Numbered from the stretch's first letter, positions 24,297-38,533 are shown. The stretch is 64,000 nucleotides of DNA from Laetmonice hystrix (GCA_965235115.1 OZ249445.1:1860001-1924000), one strand, 5' to 3'. The notes: a model not told the origin generated them from the sequence alone. Program-made: numbers and translations.

Positions 24297-24795
24297 AGAC
24301 GAACGGAATGGTTACAGAGTGGATCACCGTACCAGTATCGGAATCATCAAGTATGTTGTATCAAGTAATTATGTACTGGAAGACATCACCCATCCCTATA
24401 TGACGGCAAAGATCAAATCTGGATTTATCGCATCAACACCTGATTCTAGTTTTAAAAATCATATAGGAAACAAGAAAAAATACAGGAAGAATTCAACCGC
24501 GAAGAACTGCCCTCTGATCTCATAAAACACCACCTGTCAGGGTTGCAATGCCTGCTTGGCACGACACAGAAGATAGAAGATAAAAACCCATAAATACCGT
24601 CTTTGTTATAGAGTCATGTATAATGGAGGTTGCTTCCTACACAATAGAGCCCGTGTGACATATTAGTTGGTGCCGTTGGGCCACAGGCGATATGAGTACG
24701 TTAACATATTGACACGTTCTGTTCGTAAAAACTAAGACAAAGGCGTCCACAGGTGCCAGAATACCTCCTGCCGTCGACTGTGTAACAATGGGGGC

Positions 24796-25807
24796 TGAGA
24801 TATACGGTCAGGAGTTACTGGTGAGATAAACGGTCAGGAGTTACTGGTGAGATAAACGGTCAGGAGTTACTGGTGAGATAAACGGTCAGGAGTTACTGGT
24901 GAGATAAACGGTCAGGAGTTACTGGTGAGATAAACGGTCAGGAGTTACTGGTGAGATAAACGGTCAGGAGTTACTGGTGAGATATACGGTCAGGAGTTAC
25001 TGGTGAGATAAACGGTCAAGAGTTACTGGTGAGATAAACGGTCAGGAGTTACTGGTGAGATATACGGTCAGGAGTTACTGGTGAGATAAACGGTCAGGAG
25101 TTACTGGTGAGATATACGGTCGGGAGTTACTGGTGAGATCAACGGCCGGGAGTTACTGGTGATATAAACGGTCAGGAGTTACTGGTGAGATATACGGTCA
25201 GGAGTTACTGGTGAGATCAACGGTCGGGAGTTACTGGTGAGATAAACGGTCGGGAGTTACTGGTGAGATAAACGGTCAGGAGTTACTGGTGAGGTAAACG
25301 GTCAGGAGTTACTGGTGAGATAAACGGGCAGGAGTTACTGGTGACATCAACGGTCAGGAGTTACTGGTGAGATAAACGGTCAGGAGTTACTGGTGAGATA
25401 AACGGTCAGGAGTTACTGGTGAGATAAACGGTCAGGAGTTACTGGTGAGATAAACGGCCAGGAGTTACTGGTGAGATCAACGGTCAGGAGTTACTGGTGA
25501 GATCAACGGTCAGGAGTTACTGGTGAGGTAAACGGTCAGGAGTTACTGGTGAGATAAACGGTCAGGAGTTACTGGTGACATCAACGGTCAGGAGTTACTG
25601 GTGAGATCAACGGTCAGGAGTTACTGGTGAGATCAACGGTCAGGAGTTACTGGTGAGATAAACGGTCAGGAGTTACTGGTGAGATAAACGGTCAGGAGTT
25701 ACTGGTGAGATAAACGGTCAGGAGTTACTGGTGAGATAAACGGTCAGAAGTTACTGGTGAGATATACGGTCAGGAGTTACTGGTGAGATAAACAGTTAGG
25801 AGTTACT
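24796..25807. repeat. 26-bp minisatellite x~39
   Basis: Unit gagataaacggtcaggagttactggt. Confidence 0.97.
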
Positions 25808-26147
25808 GTGCCAGAGTCCTGGATATACGGCTGGATAGCACGGACCTGGCATGGAACTATCAGAACTAAAGCCGTATCTGGTCGGAGGATCAGGACTAAT
25901 TCCTTATGATGATTTTTCTCCAGAGCACAGGTGTTGGTGAAAATCTATCCGGGATAGAGGAGCTTAATGCCAGCGGGGAAGATCAGATCCATTGTGAATG
26001 GCCCCTGCTTTTGTGTCCGATCTACAATGGGGGTAGAACAGTAGAACGAAGATACTCTCTCCGGAACCCTTCAGGCGAAATCACGTGTCTTATTTCCTTC
26101 CCATTTATTACTTTCTGTTACATGCATATGGAGTCAGAGATTTGATA

Positions 26148-26230
26148 AAAAAACTGTTGTATTCACAGATTGGTAAAAACTGTTGTATTCACAGATTGGT
26201 AAAAACGGTTGTAGCCTATTCACAGATTGG
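26148..26230. repeat. 26-bp tandem repeat x3
   Basis: Unit aaaactgttgtattcacagattggta. Confidence 0.85.
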
Positions 26231-28364
26231 TACATGGCTCTCTCCCATCTCTGTATCCATTTGTACTTACAGGTATATCCGCCATACACGTCTATGAACT
26301 CGGTAACATTGCCCAAAGTCTTCATCAATAAGTAAGACCAACTTTGTAAGAAATACCGCTGTGCACCACGAATGGTATATCGTGTTAACAGTTGGTCTTA
26401 TTAACCTAGACTCAGCAGGGTACAGTAACATGTCATTCACTGCATGTACTATACATGCCAGATCAATGCTCTAAAACCTGTCAAGTCATTACAAAACGCG
26501 GTACCCTCCAAGTTGGTCCGTTTGGCTGTGTGGACCTGAAACTTTATTATTACTTTATTATAAACTTATTATAAACTTTATTATAAGTTTAAAAATGTTA
26601 CACAAAGAAATTATATTGTGTAAAAAGTGCAAATAATCAAAATAATTACTCATATCAATTTGTAAAATATGTACATAATGTATATTCATATTTAAGTTAT
26701 ATGCACACCATTTGCCAGTCTTGGGCAAACTATGCAGCAGATTTACTTGTATATGGCCAATGGCACAGTACGCGGGGGAGGAAGAACAGCCAATATTGTG
26801 TTGATCCCCGTCAACACTGTATAATGTTGTATTGGAATAAAAAGAATTCATCTATGATTTGCCTGCGACTAGCTTGGAACATCTAATAACAAAAGATCGT
26901 CCTAAGATGTCGCAATTTATTATTTATTGAGAGTAAATAATGACGCTGATGTAGCTGACGAAATGTAAAGGATACCAACAATATGCCACGGCATTTTCTG
27001 TAACCGCCACATTATTACAGGAGATGTACAATCAGAGGTTCTGTATATGAGACGTGTAAGCAATATCTCGAGGATCGACCTTCAAACACACAGATTTTAT
27101 GAAGAACAATCCTCGAGTCCGTCCCCAGAAAGATGATAATGTATCTTACATATGATCTTGTTGATATAGCGAGCCTACTGGCAAGCCATCTGTCCAAACT
27201 TATTTAGACAGAACAAGAGAACATTACACAGGTAGCCAAAGTGTTGACAGTTGTAAGATAGAGAAGACCACCGGAGAATCAAAAACAAACGAATATCATG
27301 TCTTGTCGCACTGGCCACCAGGTCTGAGTGAAAGGCTGGGAGGATAGATGAGAAGTGAGCGATTGGCCGCTGTCCGGACTGTCAGGCTCGTTTATAGAAT
27401 ATCAGAAGATAGCATTCAATCACCTGGACACCGCTTTGACAAGGTTCCAGCTCCTATTTCACCACGGAAGTAGTTTATGAAAGGAGATTCAATGTCTTAA
27501 ACCTTTGATGTCAGGGACAACTGCCACTTGAGAAATACAATGTTGTCGTCTTTCCGACACCGCCAGGACGGGGGACCTGGTGCATACATCGAGCCTTTTA
27601 GCGTTGCTGGTGTTGACCACGTCGTTGAATGTAGAAAGCGGCCGACGTACGACATAGAAAAGTTTTGTCTCGATTCTACCAGAGAATTTGCCGTAGCCAA
27701 ACTCTTTGTGCGGCCATGCGATGCGCCAAACGCAGTGCCTGATTAAAGGCAGGCAACGGGGTTTGAACAGGGACGCAACGGCACAGAGAAGTCTCGCGCC
27801 TAACGAGATCCAGCACGTGAAGTCAGAGAGCGGCATCACAATCGTGTCCGATTGGTCCACACTCAACGTACGCTACCTCTACTTACAAACATACACTGCC
27901 TCTAGGCTCATTCATATTAGATCAATTTAACTTGGACATGTGCTACTCAGGTTTTGATTTGCGGGATTAGAACGACCACAAGTGGGGTTCCAATTAGCAC
28001 TGACGTATGAAAATAGGCAGTAGTTTCTAAATTGCTTTATACAACCGACCCTTTTCATTCAATATTAAAATAGGCGAAATAAAAAGATCAAATCATCATT
28101 AAAACTTGATAATGCTTTTTCTATGACAGGAGACAAAAGTAAGAACGATGAACAGGGAAAGTTTTGAATCGCTTAAAGTCGTTCTGGTTAAAAATCTTCC
28201 ACCTGCCTCCAGTCTGGATTACACATCACAGAGATCAGAGACACTCCACGAGATGTTCCAGAAAAAGTCCTGTTGAAAAGAGTTGCGAAACAAGGAAGCG
28301 AACTGTTGTTAATTAATTCAATTAGGCTAATGATTTTGTCGGGATCAGTTCTCTCTCTTGACGA

Positions 28365-28495
28365 GGGGTTCGGGGTGAGACTGGTTAGAGCGCGAGATCT
28401 TTGAACCAAAGGTTTGGAGTTCGAGCCACGCCCTAGCCGGACTTTCCTGCATATAGCAGTGCTGCCGACTGCTTTATCAAAGGCCGGTGTCATAG
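28365..28495 (+). mobile_element. tRNA-derived SINE head, same family as 17458
   Basis: A-box-like gagactggttagagcg, B box ggagttcgagcc, then gccggacttt. Confidence 0.7.
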
Positions 28496-30600
28496 CACAT
28501 CAGGTATTATCTGGATAATAATAACCTCCCCGTCACTATTATCTCGATAATAGTGACCCTTCCCATATAAAATCTATACTACCCTCCATACTCGACAGTC
28601 AAAGTCACCATGGCAATATTATTAACGTTGAGAAAGGCATTACTTAACCCTGCTTCCACGACTTGGACAATGAAAGTTTCAACTCGCTCATTTTTAAGGG
28701 ATCACACCAAACGTTTTGTACAGAGTCTCAGTTTCCTACAATTTTTATACTGCGCGAATATATTAAACTGAATTTAAAACTACATCAAGCTACTTTATAA
28801 TCGATGTAGTTTCAACGTTATGTGTAGATATAGAGTATAAGGAAACGTATGGTATGTCACTTACAGGGAACATACAGTTCAGTGATGTCGGAAACGGGGG
28901 GGGGAGGTCACAGGGGCCATGCCCCCCCCCCCCCCACACACACACACCAAAGGAACCGGGACAGGCTATGTTTTGCCTCCCCTCCCCGATTCATGCCTCG
29001 GAGGCCTATAGAAGGTTGAGTAAAATGTCTATCAAAATTAGGTTTTAATCTTTACATAAGAGGTGGAGTACTTGAATACTTTTAATTTCGGCGGAACTTT
29101 TGTTTTTATCCTAGCAGAACGTTTAGTATAAATATATGCGCACACCCTTTCTGTGGTCCTCGACCTCGAGCAATTACCACCACTGTAGTAATGTAGGGAA
29201 CTACGAGGCACCGGTCTCCAAGTTCGCTCGTAGTTTGGAAACAGACGCTGTTGAAAACCTGACAGTACGAAGAGTGTCGGCTCGGTTGGTATGTGTCCAC
29301 TTGGAGAGGTGAGGGTGTAACTCGGCGATAAGTGGACACAACTCTTCTAAAGGGATCTAGCAATAGAACCCGTACCCCGTCAGCGGGCTCAATCTGCGGC
29401 AAGGTTCCAGTTGACTCTCAATGGGCTATCGTGTGTTTCCAGACGCCAGATCTTCGAACGGTAGGACTTGGACCAGCCATTAAGTCCAGTTTCATTTTTT
29501 AAAGGTATTTTCAATTTTTAGTTATTCTCAACTCGCCAGTCGCCTATTATACCCGCAACCACTCTAGCCCCAGAATCTGATTCTTCCGTGATCATCTCTG
29601 GCACTATAGTCTTTTTGCGATAGCTCACAAGGCACAATGTAGTTTGACACAGGCTGCTGATTACCGAAACATCAGGACATGAAAGGTCATGGAAAAGGAA
29701 ATTTGGGTTTCCAGGCATGGAAAAGAGAAAAACGAGGTAAAGTAAAAAGTCATGGAATTTGCAATTTCTCTTGAACCACATTTTTGTTTCTGTACAGGAC
29801 TGACGGGCATTAGATGGGCAGTTCGGCTGTGTTGTAGAGCTCTACTTGTCACAGGACTGACGTGGATTCATATTAAGGCCCAGAAACACAGACTGATTTA
29901 CAGCCGATTTTGCGATACAGCCTTTTTATTTGATAGGAAAACTATGGAGAAAAATCGGCCGTATCTCAAAATCGGTCTGTGTATCTGGCCTTTTACACGT
30001 ACATATCAGTGTATGTACACGCCCCTAAATTATTGTTACAGTCATGCTGTTTCCAAGACAAATACGGCATGCCATCCATAGCATTATGCGCCGATATACT
30101 GTAGGAAAACATGTATTTCTATGTGTATGGTAGATAAAAACGATTTCATGTCATCAAAGAACATAATGTATCTTTGAAACATGACGAACCTCAATGGTCC
30201 CGGAATATTCAATGGGCTGGGGTCGCATAAAAACACATGAGACCATAGTACGCTTGGCAGCACGCATGTATCAGTAGTTTTTGGTGGCAGTATCGTGGAT
30301 TATTCATTTCGCCGTACGTTAGTATCAACTGGATATAGCATTCAGTAATCTATATTGACATTGTCTCTGCCTGGAAAACGCCAAATCTGATACTTATAAT
30401 ATTATTGTTGTTCGAAACCAGTGGTGCGTCTCCAACATCCTGTTTAGAAGAAGGCACCTTTAACCGCGCCCTCTGGCGACTATGGCTGTGATGACAACAA
30501 GAGTGAGAGGACAATGGTCCCCGGCAGTCGTCCATGTCACGTTTCATGTTTGTTTCTAGAAGGTTGCCCTGATCTGTGCGGTTGGTTACATCTGCAGCTA

Positions 30601-31101
30601 CCCGATACGCATGTTCTCCTCTTCTTCAAGAAGAGAGACTGGCGTTAGTCTCCACTCCTTCAAGAACAGAGACCTTGTCCATTCCGCTCAGTGGTGGGCG
30701 TAAGAAATGGAGACTTTCTTCTTGAAAAATGAGAGCAGGTGTATACATTTTGACAAGGAAACTAAATTCTATCCTATCCCTATCCCTGACCTTAACCCTA
30801 ACCCCTATCCCTATCCCTGACCTTAACCCTAACCCCTGCCCAAACATTTCGTGGAAAGTTATCATGGGGGAAGAACCCATTGGCTTAACTACCTAGGTGA
30901 GATATTCACCTGCTGACCTGCTCGCTGAAGCGGAACCGAGGCGGCAAGGTGATTGGACACCTAGCTAGTCTCCATTGGAAGAAGAAAGTCTCCATTTCTT
31001 ACGCCCACCACTGGGCGGAAGGGACAAGGTCTCTGTTCTTGAAGGAGTGGAGACTAACGCCAGTCTCTCTTCTTAAAGAAGAGGAGAACATGCGTATCGG
31101 G
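30601..31101. mobile_element. Foldback MITE with ~122-bp near-perfect TIRs
   Basis: 30601-30722 (cccgatacgcatgttctcctc...) is the reverse complement of ~30980-31101 (...gaggagaacatgcgtatcggg) with few mismatches. The spacer contains an aaccct-like repeat. Confidence 0.88.
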
Positions 31102-32079
31102 TCACCATTTTACCATTTTCACGCGGAAGTAGAACGCCTTTACGTATTCCTTCGCACACACTCGTTCATTTTGTTTTCTAGTGTGTGGGGGAATATCACT
31201 TATTTCTACTCAAAGCATTATGTTAAAAGATTCAACACAGCAAGCAATTAGACATAAAGTACGTCAGTAAGTATTAATCTGATGAGTCTGGTCGAATCCG
31301 CAAGACAGACTCTGTCTCTAAAGTTTAAACTTAACTTTAATATTGTCAAGTTTATACCAACTCAAAGAATACGTAACCATGACAACAATTGTGCTGACAA
31401 TGGTGAAACTGTAATACTACCAAAGGCGAAAACACCACTTGGAATGGTGTTCCTATAAACAGCTCTTTTTTGCCTTCTGTCTTTTTCATTGACTGCGCAA
31501 CGTTTTTAGAGATATTTGATTATTACGACCTTGTCTGGGGGAGACACCTCCCTATAGCACATCCACAGATCAATAGCAGATGGAGGATCAGAACACCTCA
31601 AACAATGCACCGAGAAACGTACCTTCCGGGTGTGAATACCATCCTGCTATTCATTCAAACACATCGTGCATTCATGCTATTTTAAGTAAGAATTTGAAAG
31701 TAATCATTACAAACTGAATTGTGTTATGGTCTCTTATTGGCTGACTTCATTTGGAGGACCAATCAGAAGCTCTGAGACAAGAGTTCAGTCTTAAGATTTG
31801 AGTTTACTCCGTTTGCAAACTAAACTGTGTAACTTCCGGCTCAACTCGCCGAATGGTCGTGACGACATAAAATGAGCAATAAAATATGTTAGCTGTTACC
31901 ATAATATACTCACCAGGCGGCGCCAGTTATTTCCTCAAACTGGCACTCACAGCACATGCCTCTTCACCACCAGAAATGGGGGGTTCGCGGAGCACAGCTC
32001 ACTCTCTCTATTTCTAGAATTAGGTTTTTATACGAATGATCTTTGTGTCTCAATCCAGTAGTTACAAAATAAACACAAT

Positions 32080-32300
32080 TTGGTCGCAGAAACGTTTAAC
32101 CAAAGAGAGTTTAAAACTCTTTCTGTTTGCAACTCCTCCCTCGCCCCCGGCCCCGTTAGCAACAACATTGGCGCGTTGACAGCTGACAGAAGACCGGAAT
32201 CAGGAGTAGCTAAACACTTTGTCAGCTGGCATCAGCTTTGTAAATTTGTTACAACTTTAAATTTTACCAAAATTAAAACTTTTATTAATTCCGATGATGG
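32080..32300 (+). mobile_element. Possible Penelope-like GIY-YIG endonuclease remnant
   Basis: NNIGALTADRRPESGVAKHFVSWH resembles the S.VAKHF...H motif of PLE endonucleases; motif-level similarity only. Confidence 0.3.
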
Positions 32301-33608
32301 CCACCAGTTTGGGATAACATTCTCTCATGGAGCTTTGCGTGGTATACGAATGCGATTTGACGGAAATCCGAGGGAGCGCGAGTTTGCTTACCATAGCACT
32401 TATTATCGCTCATGACGTCACGGCCATTCGGCAACTTGTGCCAAACCTCCCTCCTCGTCCACTCCCACTGTGTACCTGAAGGTTATCAAGGACAATGTCT
32501 ACCTGTCCCTCCATACAAACCGGTACGCGGTCTCAAAGTCTAGTGCCCACACTGACTGCCATCTCTCGTAAGACACGTACACATGCAACTTGAAAGTGGC
32601 CGTATCCATGGCTCCGTGTTGCCATGGTGTTTGTTTCTGGGGATGATCTTCGGTATCTACGGATCATGTATGAATAAAGGCGTGGCGTTCAGTACGCCGC
32701 ACTCAGACGACCCTAGCGTCTACACGTTACTCCACCCACATGGCTCCGTACTCCAACAACCCATCCAGGCTCACCTCCCCCCACAGTCAATTACACGACG
32801 TAGGCAACACGCCACCCTATACACAAACACCAACTTATGGAAATAACATCAGTTTTTACATTGAAAATCAACAAAAGACAACAAATTACTGGGCCCACAG
32901 TTGCAGGGTCGACGTCATTCGTACAAACCTAAAATAGGAATGTCTTTACGAGCATTGCTTTGTTAAAAATGTCAGGCAGGACCAGCAAAGTCTCGCTTAC
33001 ACGACATGAAAATAACTTTTAATAAGTTCAGCGATTTGTCATTTCAGAAGGCGTAGAGGAAAATGTTGGGAGTACATTCGCCCAGACCATTCCGATATGA
33101 CAACCATATGAAATCCATTACAACCTTACCGTCTTACCGTAAAATAGTACATACTCGCAGCAATCGGTTGTCCAAATATTTAATGTTTATTACTGTCCTG
33201 AACATGTCAGACTAATTTCGGATGAAAAAGGCGCAAAATGAAGCTAATAATGGTGATATATATGGGGCTCTGCTTCTCCCAAACGCCTACAGTTTATCAG
33301 AGTTAAATGTATCTAAAAGAAGGACAATTCGCGTCCGTCAATTTGCAGTATTCATCACAATCTATGGTCTTCGCGGACCGGATGCTCACCATCTCCTAAA
33401 AATGTGGCAATAGATCAAGATCTCTCTAGTTGCCCTGGGACCTGAATGACACGGCGGATGAAAATGTATGGATTTGTCATGGTAGGCTGGGACGAACTAA
33501 CTGGTCTCGTCCAGCTCCTCAGGAATGTATCATAATATAATACCGATTCCTGTGCCATACCAGATACTTCTATTGCATTATAGTCTCCGTGCCGCGTCGG
33601 CATGGTAT

Positions 33609-35484
33609 TATAACGGTCACATTGAAGCCTTACTAACGACCGTGTTATAATGGTCACATTGAAGTCTTACTGCGGCACTCTAATAATGGTCCCACTGAAG
33701 CCTTACTAATAACCGTGTTATAATGGTCACACTGAAGTCTTACTGCGGTACTCTAATAATGGTCCCACTAAAGCCTTACTAATAACCGTGTTATAATGGT
33801 CACACTGAAGTCTTACTGCGGTACTCTAATAATGGTCCCACTGAAGCCTTACTAATAACCGTGTTATAATGGTCACACTGAAGTCTTACTGCGGCACTCT
33901 AATTATGGTCCCACTGAAGCCTTACTAATAACCGTGTTATAATGGTCACACTGAAGTCTTACTGCGGCACTCTAATAATGGTCCCACTGAAGCCTTACTA
34001 ATAACCGTGTTATAATGATCACATTGAAGTCTTACTGCGGCACTCTAATTATGGTCACACTGAAGCCTTACTAATAACCGTGTTATAATGATCACATTGA
34101 AGTCTTACTGCGGTACTCTAATAATGGTCCCACTAAAGCCTTACTAATAACCGTGTTATAATGGTCACACTGAAGTCTTACTGCGGTACTCTAATAATGG
34201 TCCCACTGAAGCCTTACTAATAACCGTGTTATAATGGTCACACTGAAGTCTTACTGCGGCACTCTAATTATGGTCCCACTGAAGCCTTACTAATAACCGT
34301 GTTATAATGGTCACACTGAAGTCTTACTGCGGCACTCTAATAATGGTCCCACTGAAGCCTTACTAATAACCGTGTTATAATGATCACATTGAAGTCTTAC
34401 TGCGGCACTCTAATTATGGTCACACTGAAGCCTTACTAATAACCGTGTTATAATGATCACATTGAAGTCTTACTGCGGCACTCTAATAATGGTCCCACTG
34501 AAGCCTTACTAATAACCGTGTTATAATGGTCACACTGAAGTCTTACTGCGGCACTCTAATAATGGTCCCACTGAAGCCTTACTAATAACCGTGTTATAAT
34601 GGTCACACTGAAGTCTTACTGCGGCACTCTAATAATGGTCCCACTGAAGCCTTACTAATAACCGTGTTATAATGGTCACATTGAAGTCTTACTGCGGCAC
34701 TCTAATAATGGTCCCACTGAAGCCTTACTAATAACCGTGTTATAATGATCACATTGAAGTCTTACTGCGGCACTCTAATTATGGTCACACTGAAGCCTTA
34801 CTAATAACCGTGTTATAATGATCACATTGAAGTCTTACTGCGGCACTCTAATAATGGTCCCACTGAAGCCTTACTAATAACCGTGTTATAATGGTCACAC
34901 TGAAGTCTTACTGCGGCACTCTAATTATGGTCCCACTGAAGCCTTACTAATAACCGTGTTATAATGGTCACACTGAAGTCTTACTGCGGTACTCTAATAA
35001 TGGTCCCACTGAAGCCTTACTAATAACCGTGTTATAATGGTCACACTGAAGTCTTACTGTGGCACTCTAACAATGGTCACACTGAAGCCTTACTAATAAC
35101 CGTGTTATAATGGTCACACTGAAGTCTTACTGCGGTACTCTAATAATGATCCAACTGAAGCCTTACTAATAACCGTGTTATAATGGTCACACTGAAGTCT
35201 TACTGTGGCACTCTAACAATGGTCTAACTGAAGCCTTACTAATAACCGTGTTATAATGGTCACACTGAAGTCTTACTGCGGTACTCTAACAATGGTCCCA
35301 CTGAAGCCTTACTAATAACCGTGTTATAATGGTCACATTGAAGTCTTACTGCGGTGCTCTAACAATGGTCCAACTGAAGCCTTACTAATAACCGTGTTAT
35401 AATGGTCACACTGAAGTCTTTACTGCGGTACTCTAATAATGGTCCTTACTAATAACCGTGTTATAATGGTCACACCGAAGTCTT
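33609..35484. repeat. 73-bp higher-order repeat (36+37-bp subunits) x~26
   Basis: Strict alternation of ataatggtcacactgaagtcttactgcgg(c/t)actcta and ataatggtcccactgaagccttactaataaccgtgtt. Confidence 0.97.
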
Positions 35485-38400
35485 GCGAAGAAGTCTTCAA
35501 ATAATGGTCACAATTAATCCTTACGGGAACCCCCTATTGTAATGGTCACACTGAAGCCTTTACATACAATCGTCTTTTTCACAATACAAACGCACCTGTA
35601 TTGTACCCATGTCTTGTATGTCATGCTACTGTACCCCTCCCCCATTTATCAAGGCACCTATCGGCAGTCAATTGGACAGGATGTAAGTATTCTCAAGGAT
35701 ACGATCAAAGGGAATTACAAAAAGGTTAAATGTTTGTTCAACGATTGTGTAAAAGCGAACTGTCACTATTAGACCTGCGCATATGTGTAGGGCATGCAGT
35801 GATTAACAGCAACAGTCAGTCATTATGCAATTAGTCAAATGAAATTCCCTTTTAGCGGATATGGAATCACACTCTTCCTCAGTCGTCCTTTGGGAAAAAA
35901 GATCCAAATTATTATCATTTTTAAACTTTTTTCTCATTTCCCAGATAATATTGACGCGGAGATCATTACTGCCGACAGAAGTTGACCTCACTTTGAACCT
36001 CACAGACCCTTTTTGTCAAATCAGGTTTCCAGCGGAGTTCTCTAATCGGTGGGCTGACGGCTGACAAGGCCTGGTTTGTCTGATGTGTATAAGGAGGATT
36101 TGCTATGGGAGTCCATCACTCCAGACAAATCCCTGCAGGTTTAAATCGCACGGTGTCAGAATATTTGACAAATAATCTGGCGTTGTCTCTGTAATCATTG
36201 GACCACTGCACGCATCTCGACATTTTGTGGCTTCCTTCCTGAGTTTGTTTTATATTCCTGTCGCCACTTTAGTTGACTGAGATCTGTTTTGGTGCTTCCT
36301 TTACATTCAGCACTGTACTCTCTGCGATCTTTAGTAAAAAAGTAGCCAAGGTCCAGTTTGAGTGTTGTTATTCATTTGGCAACAGAAGCTACAACACGGG
36401 GATAAATTGCTCTCGATACCGACAGTGCAACACATACAGGATGATAGTGGTTTGTGACATTATACGAAAACATTACACGGAAGTCTGTGGCTTTCGCAGT
36501 AAGAGAAACCAGCCACTGCCTGGATAGCGTACGAGGGATTGACAGTGGTCTCAGCCATTTCACCTTCTGGATATGTTCAAACGGACTTTCTCAAATGAAT
36601 TGGTGCAATTCTACTACAGTGGTCGGAGTGTCAGCATTGAGCTGCTGCAGAGACGAACCATCTTTAACCCACCACATCTGCAAATGATTTCATCTCATCC
36701 ACATTATTATTTTGGGTGACAAGTTTTTACATTGCCCCCCCCCCCCCCCCGAGAGTGAGGTTTAACTGGGCAAACCATTACATTGACTTAACTCTTAATT
36801 ACAATTTTACACGGCAGACCAAATTGGATAATGTGATGCCGAGACGTAACGCTGGTTTGAGTTAAGATCCACTAATCAATACAGCCCTTCTCTACGTCTG
36901 GTACTCCAGGTTTTTAATTTTACACAGAAAACTCCTTTTGAAGACTTGCTGGGAAATTCTTGGGGATTTCCAAGGTCACCCACATTTCTTTGCGCTCTGA
37001 AAACGGACTCAACCGCGAAAAATGTTTATACATTTTTCATTCCATACGCACGAAAAATGTGTCAAAATCTCTGGTCAAAATCAATGTCCCAATTTTGTTA
37101 GTGCGACATTTTTCGTCCCGTAGTTGCAAGGAAAAATGTGCTAAGGATAGTGCAGAACCGGAAAATGTAATATTGCCGCCAAAATCTAAGGGGAACCCGG
37201 CCCCCTAGCCCCCCATGGACCCCCCCCCTGTAAACTCATGGCCTCTCATCGATCTTTCCAACAATAACAAGTGTAGGCAAGCCGTAATTACAAGACTTAA
37301 AGCATTCTGTGTTAAATGAGCCCGTGATAATTTAATGAACACCGGATGTCGACATTCATGTTCGCGTTAACATTGTCAATTCACAAAATGTGCGTGCACC
37401 GCGCGGCTCAATGCATGAAGTGATAGAACCCCCCCCCACACACACACACATGCTTTGTTTAACGCTCCTTATTATGGAGGGATATTTGGAGCCTCGATAG
37501 CGTCTCCGTACATACGGGAAAAGCCCATCCATCATGCCGTCAGTGTGTCGTGGTCCTAACTAAATGGACACTCAGAAATAGATACAATCACGTTCAGATG
37601 TGCATCGATATTCGTTCACGGAGAACAAGGCCCCCAATGAGCCCCCTTTGGACCAACATCATTTCCAGAGTAGGGGGCCATCGAATTCTCTCACATCGCC
37701 GGGCGAGATGTGGGCCGGCCGGAGTATACAGGTGGTAATGACAGGGCTCAGTCTGTATATTTGGGCGGGTTTATGAAAGGACGTCAATGACGAGGTTTGC
37801 ACACCCCTTTCGTGTTCACTAGCGCCGTTACCCGAGATTGAATCAATGTGATCTGTTTTGTGTCTGCCTCCTGGCGTCTACTGCATAAACGATGTGGCTC
37901 TGTGGACAGCACCGGGCGATATTACGGGTCCAGATGACGTATTCGCCGTCAATGTAAGCCCAGCGGGTCATCAATGACCAAAGGGGCAAGTGTTGAATTT
38001 TTAAGCCTATAAACATAAGGCGTAATCACAATGCGTGTTCCAATATTCTGTAGTATCTCGACCCACAGCGAAACTGTGACGACCCCTGTAAACACCTACC
38101 ACTGGCATGCTTTTTGTGCAATGGTAAAAATAGTCCACAGGCCCAGCTGCTATTCGTGACTGGTAAGGACGTAAGCATCATCTATCACGCATGAATAGAT
38201 GAACAAGACCGATTTGGAAGTCCTTTGAGGCAAACCACGAGACATTATATTATACTTGATGCATGATATCAGCTATAGATCTACTGGTCGGCCCTTCATC
38301 TATACGTCTGGCACACACCGGATGTAGCAGACGTTCGGTTGGAGTCATTCACATGGACACTTATTGTTCGTTTGAACGAAGCAATGCCCGAGGATTACCA

Positions 38401-38533
38401 CCGGCCCCGCTTTGATATAAGGTTGAAAGAAGTTGTGAAAGAATGCCCACTGGCCAGGTATGGGGGGGGGGGGGCTGAACCCAAAATATTACTATCGCTT
38501 TTGTAGATTTTCGTATGGAATATTATTAATTAC

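Noticed and set aside
30770-30840. Interstitial telomere
   Set aside because: Short, degenerate aaccct/atccct repeats inside a MITE spacer.
32413-32420. CRE site TGACGTCA as promoter evidence (also near 17349 and 40395)
   Set aside because: An 8-mer with no supporting context; similar catgacgtcac motifs are, from memory, common in invertebrate repeats.
33609-35484. CRISPR array
   Set aside because: Only two alternating 'spacers' of 11-12 bp, no cas genes and a eukaryotic intron context. No other array has unique spacers either.
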